DNA from: Lama glama
Taxonomy: Eukaryota
Assembly (NCBI GenBank): GCA_028534125.1
Contig: CM052817.1
Coordinates: 2,296,001 to 2,360,000 of the forward strand
DNA length: 64,000 nucleotides
Reading direction: 5' to 3'
The notes beneath the pieces are model-generated. The model was not told the origin of the DNA, made no database searches, and saw only the letters and a list, made by a program, of their open reading frames with translations. The translations under genes were made by a program, and so were the position numbers. Of this stretch, positions 58,901 through 64,000 are shown in pieces (position 1 is the stretch's first letter; the number at the start of each line of letters is the position of its first letter).

Positions 58901-61589
58901 CACGTGCCTTGATTCCAGGTGCATGTCTTTGTCTGACTCTGGACCCTGTGCCCTCCCCCACCGCACCCCCTGCCTCCTCCCCATCCTCGGGCCAGCAGGA
59001 CTCTGACAGAAGCCCCCTGTTACCTTTTATTTTGGGGGCTGAGAGACCTGGGGTGCTGGGCATGGGGCAGGGGACAGCCCCTTGGCCCAGCTGGGGTTCC
59101 ACATTTAGCTGTGGGGACAGAACAGTGACAGGCAGACAGGAGTGAGCCAGAGCAGGCGGCCTGGAGGGGCAGGGCTCCGCGTCCTGGGCTGCCCGATCCC
59201 GGCTGGCCTGCCTGGTTCGCTCATGCTGTGCCCGCATCGTCTCCCCACCAGCCCCTGAGCAGGGAAAGGAGAATGGAGAAAACCCTGCCTGAACCCAGGC
59301 CCCACGTACAAGAGACGCTCTGCAAGTGCTAGAGCAGGACTGAGCGCCTGCGTGAGTGAACGCGGAGAAGCCAGCGAAACCAGAACCCAGGGAGGAGGAG
59401 CCTCGGGGAGCGTGTGTCCACCGTGGGGGTCAGGGCTGCAGCCATGGGCGCCGATTCCCCAGCAGTGCCTGACCCAGGGCAGGTGTCCAGTGACTAGTCA
59501 CTGAGCCACAGGTCACGAGCACTGACTGGGGATTCTCACCCCAAAGCCAGCCTCTGGCTTCGTGGAGCTGGGCGCCTGGGCTCCACTCGCAGCTGTGCCA
59601 CGCACTGCGCTGGCCAAGTCGCTCCCCTTCCCTGCGCCTCCCGGGTCAGGGAATGATACCGCCTCATTCTCGGTGAGTGTAAAATGGGGTCTTAGGAAGC
59701 GTTCAGGACAGCGCTGGGCACCTGGTGGGCACCGCGTGACTTGAGATTATCAACTACCTCCCATGTAAGATGGAGCATGCTGGCAGGACCATCAACCTCA
59801 TACTACAAAAAAGGCACCTGAGGTGCAGAGGCCAAGCCACCCACCTGAGGTCACACTGAGCACCTGCTAGGTGCCAGGCCTCCTGCTGGTGCCCACGCTG
59901 CAAAAGCAAGTCAGACCATCCCCACCCACCCCCCAGGAGTGTACTTTCTTCCCTCTCTCAGTCCCTCCAGTGGGGGGCAAAGGGGCTGGCATCTAGGGGA
60001 CCTGATATGTGCCAGGCAGGGGGCTCGTATGCCCTCTGCAGTCCCTCCGTGGTTGGAAAATGAGGGAATCTGCTCAGCTCTCTGCCTGTTTGTGGCTGCC
60101 CGCTGCTCAGACCTGCTGGCCATCAGGGTGGTCACGTGAGGAGGAAGAGCCCCTGCGTGGGACCAGCTGTCACCTCCCGACAACAAGCAAACTTAGAAGG
60201 GAAGAAACTACCACCAGAGCCCGGGGTGGGCGCGGGGTCTCCCGAGCCTGCGTGGGCCAGACTGCGGCTTCTTCGCTCTGACCCTCTGTCCCGAGGAGCC
60301 AGTTGCCCCTGTGATGTTCAGGAATTGGCCCAATTAGCATGAATTGTGCTCAGCAAACTCCATGAATCTCCTAAATCAATCTGAAGCACGAAGAGTGACT
60401 CCGATGGGACGGCCATAACTCAGTGACTGAGGAAGAAAATACCCTTCACAGCCGCCTTGGCCCTCGTAGGTCGCACACAGACGTCCTCAGACGCGTTTCC
60501 GAGGAAAGGGAGTGTGCTGCGCAGCAGTCCCCGCGCCTCGGAGCGGGGCAGGCGGGCCTGCGGGCCGCTGCGGTAAGGTCTGCCTCACCTACGGGGGTGG
60601 AGTGAGGCCCTTGCCGGCCCTCAGTGCAGGTCAGATCTTCCTAATGCTGACTGGAGCCGTCCCGAAGCAGCGGGCACTCCGGGGGCTCTCTTCAGGGTCC
60701 TGCAAGAGGCACCTTCTTTGAATTCAAACGAGGAAGATTTCCAGCAGATGGGAGGGCCTCTGGCTGGAGGATAAGGACAGAACAGCACGTATGGGCCTCC
60801 GCGTAGCTTCAGGGCACCCACACAGAAGGGATCCAGGACTCGTGGCTGAGTGGGGCTTTCCATGGAGGGAGGCCCTGGTGGGTGGCGGGGCAGGAAGATC
60901 GTTCAGCCTCTTCTCAGCCCTCCAGCGGTGACCAAGCCTCTCCCGCAGGCAGAGACCTGTGATTGCCACTGGGGATGGGGACGTGGCCCCGAGATCAAGG
61001 TGCTGCAGCCTGGAGGGTGACAGGTGGAGGGACGGGGGCTGCACATCACCTGTCTGTGGACTGTCTGTGTCACCCAGAATTCACAGCCCCCCGGTGGGTG
61101 GTGTTTGGAGGAAGAGCCTCCCAATGCTAATGAACGAACGAAGAGCACGGACAGACTTCACAGCATGTTCTTGTCGCCCTGGCCTTCTCGGTACTGGCCT
61201 GGAGCCCTGGCTGATCCTGCAGACACGCAGACGGGTGCAGCTGTCCGTGGATGCCTGTGGGCCACATCCGTCCACTCCCTGTGGCTCTGGAGGGCCTCCC
61301 CTCCCCTCTGCGGGGGCAGACCCTGATGCTTTGTAGCCCACAGGGTCAACAAGAAACGTGCAATGTATGTTTTGTGTTGACCCTTGGGGGAGGAACCCCA
61401 CTGGGAAATCCACAAGGAGCCCCGCATTGGTCCTGAAGGGGAGGCGGGGCCGGCCTGGGTGCTGAGCCCGGGGATCCCACAGCCCTCGGGACCCAGCGGT
61501 CCCTCAGTCCCCGGGGGTCCTCGAGGACATCCTGCTCTCCTCCGCCTTCAGGTGGGAAGAGGGAAGCCCCTAGAGGAGATGCCCGGCAA

Positions 61590-61990
61590 GGACTCCTGGA
61601 CTAGACTTTGCTCAGCCTCAACCTGCTCCTGGGCCTGACTGTGCACTTCCTGCTAAAATCCCTGCTGCAAGAACCCTGCTAGGTCAGTTTCACCAGAAGC
61701 CCCCACCATGACGTCTGATCAAATTCCTCATCCCACGGACCCTGGGGGCTGCCTGATGCCCCGGGGCCTTCAGCAAGGATCCTGCAGGGGATGGAGCAGA
61801 CCCCCTCACCCCAAGGTTCCCTCTTAGTAACCTCCCATCCTCTGACCCCACCTGCTCCTCGACTGTGAACCCCACTTGTCCACGCTGCATCCGGAGTTAA
61901 CCTGGTTCTACGTACACGTCTTTGTTCCTCTACTACAGTGGTCCTGAGTAAAAGTCGTCTTCAGTGCTTTAACCCCTGCTTTCTCCGACA
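61590..61990 (+). mobile_element. ERV1-type solo LTR (MER39-like)
   Basis: caagaaccctgctaggtcagttt...cttcagcaaggatcctg...cctcttagtaa...ctgaccccacctgctcc...gagtaaaagtc resembles the recalled MER39 LTR, including its internal repeat. Confidence 0.6.
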
Positions 61991-63250
61991 CCTCCCCCCC
62001 AGTCTCACTGGGAGAGACACCCCCTCCATGCCAGCCTCAAGGGAGGACCCAGGACAGTGGCTGCCGCTGTAACCCTGTCCCTAGCTCTCAATGGGGCTCC
62101 CAGGGTAAGGGGAACACGCGTCGGTGCCTGAAGGTCCTTGGTCCCTACAGAAGAGGAAGGGGACCGTCGTGGCCAGGGAGAAAATGTCACCATTGGCAGT
62201 GACTCCGGCACAGCCACCCTGGCACAGGGGTCCAATTTAACCTTAGTTTCTTGCAACCCAGCGCAGAGCATCTGGTTCAGTTCAAGCTTCTCTACCTCTC
62301 TGCACCCCAGTCCCCAGCCCCCTGGGGCTCCCCTCCTCTCCCAAAGTGCCCTTTCTGAGGCCCTGAGGACCCTACTCTTCCTGGGAGAGAGCGTCTCCTC
62401 CCAGGAAAGCCCCTCAGTGCCTCCGCTCCCCTCTGGTGAGGTGCCCCTGCAGTCTGACCACTTAACCCCAAGGTCCGGCCGCTTGGCCGCTGGACACACT
62501 AAGCAACTCCCAGCTGGTGACCTTGTGCAGGTCCCGCCCCTCTCTGAGGCTCAGTCTCCTCATCTGCAGAATGGGGGTGCAGACCAGCTCCACCCCGATT
62601 CACAAAGAAGTCAGCACTCAAGCGCATCAGTGACCCCAAGCTGTCACTGGAGCTCTGTGAGAGGTTAATGGCTCATTTGCATAACGAGCCCTGGCAATTA
62701 GAATCCGCCCGGGTGCCGGGGCTGCAGGGAGACTGGTACTGAGGCCTGTCTTCCTGCTCCCTGGTCTGGTCCTCCTGCTCTTTGTGTGTCTGGTGCTGCC
62801 GGGAGCAGCAGAGGAACCAGCTGTCACACTGCCCTGAGCACGTTTTAGAGAAAGGAGATGAAATCTGCGTGCATTTCCCCTGAATTGACTGCTGTCTTTC
62901 TGTCCCTTTCTCAGGGGCCGGCAGGCGGCCTCCGGACTCCCTGGTGCCCCTTCCCTGCAGACGGTCCCTCCAGCGCCGGGTCCGCCTCACCTCTGGGTGG
63001 AAGGGGCGGGGAGGGGAGCCCAGCCTCTGGCTTCTGCCTTGTCTTTAGAAGCAGGACTGCAGTCCCCTGGCCTGGACACTTCAGATGTGTCAGGCCGGGG
63101 AATGTTCTAGACAAAGGGAACTAAAGAGAAATGACAAGAAAGGGTAAGGCAAGATCCTCAATTAAATCTTCAACTAAAGAAAACAGGGAAAAGGCACATA
63201 ATTTGGGGCAATTGGGGCAATTAGAATGGGGACTAGCATTAGACCCACGC

Positions 63251-63624
63251 TGTCTTAGCTCAGGCTGCCGGGACGGAGGCCCCAGACCCAGGGCTTAACC
63301 TACGGGAGCTTCTTTCTCGCGTTCTGGAGGCCGGACGTCCGAGATCAGGGGTGGCAGGGCGGGGTCCTGGTGCGGGGTCTTCCCAGGGAGGAGTCTCCCG
63401 GCTCGGCCCAGACCCCGACCTCGCGCTGAGCGCCCTCCTGCTGAGAGAGCCCTCTCTCCTCACTCTTCCTCTTCTTATGGGGCATAAACCCTGTCACGGG
63501 GGCCCCCAGGACCTCGTCTGAATTCAGTCACCTAACACCCCACCTCCTAATGCCGAATGCCCTCACCTTGGGGATCAAGGCTTTGACGTGTGAATCTGGG
63601 GGCAAAGACATTCAGTCCATAGTA
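63251..63624 (-). mobile_element. MaLR solo LTR (MLT1A-like)
   Basis: tgtcttagctcaggctgcc...gttctggaggccggacgtccgagatcagg...acattcagtccatagta. Confidence 0.8.
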
Positions 63625-64000
63625 ACTGCAGAGTGTCAACATTCAAATTGCAGATGTGGAATTTTTCAGGGTAAGAGAGTATGCTGGGTTTTAGGGGAAA
63701 CACAATGCCAGTAGCTTACTTTCAACATGGAGATACATATATATATACTTATGTATGTCTAGGAATGAAAAACATGGCCAGCCATGTCAGTAAGCAAGGG
63801 ATGCTGCGGCCATCGAGCATCAGCCTCCACCGCCACCCCCAACAGTGAGCGGAGGGCAGTCAGGGTGCGGACAGGCAGGCAGCCCGGCCTCTGCGGCCCC
63901 TCCAACTGTGGCCCCCCCAGGGGTCTCGGGATGGGAAAGAGCAGGCACCGGTCCTGGGCAGCTAAGGTGCACATCAAAGGAACGGTTCCAGGGAGCCAGA

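Noticed and set aside
6300..64000. Hundreds of 60-320 aa ORFs in the track (e.g. 16376-17329, 19532-20338, 9762-10496)
   Set aside because: They are expected by chance in GC-rich DNA. Most start at GTG or TTG, are Pro/Gly/Ala/Arg/Ser-biased, overlap repeats and show no recognisable protein family.

Overview
Mammalian genomic DNA, GC-rich, most likely from a camelid. The evidence is four tRNA-Ala-derived SINEs that match the camelid vic-1 type and a cetartiodactyl-type L1 3' end. The only supportable protein-coding gene is the intronless alpha-2C adrenergic receptor ADRA2C (4311-5696, +, 461 aa). It lies in a CpG island with a TATA-less promoter, a long GC-rich leader carrying two upstream AUG ORFs, and a poly(A) signal at 6227. 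The remaining ~58 kb is gene-free and filled with L1, L2, L3/CR1, MIR, MaLR (MLT1) and ERV LTRs, DNA-transposon relics (MER53, Charlie4-like) and simple repeats, plus a few AT-rich non-repeat islands that may be enhancers. I found no evidence of a novel multi-gene system. The most notable signals are the ADRA2C leader architecture, a pervasive A/T-to-G/C shift in transposon relics (suggesting GC-biased gene conversion), two L1 3' ends joined back-to-back, and a MER53 hairpin. Repeat subfamily names and comparisons with human come from recalled consensus sequences and need RepeatMasker or alignment confirmation. Repeat boundaries are approximate.
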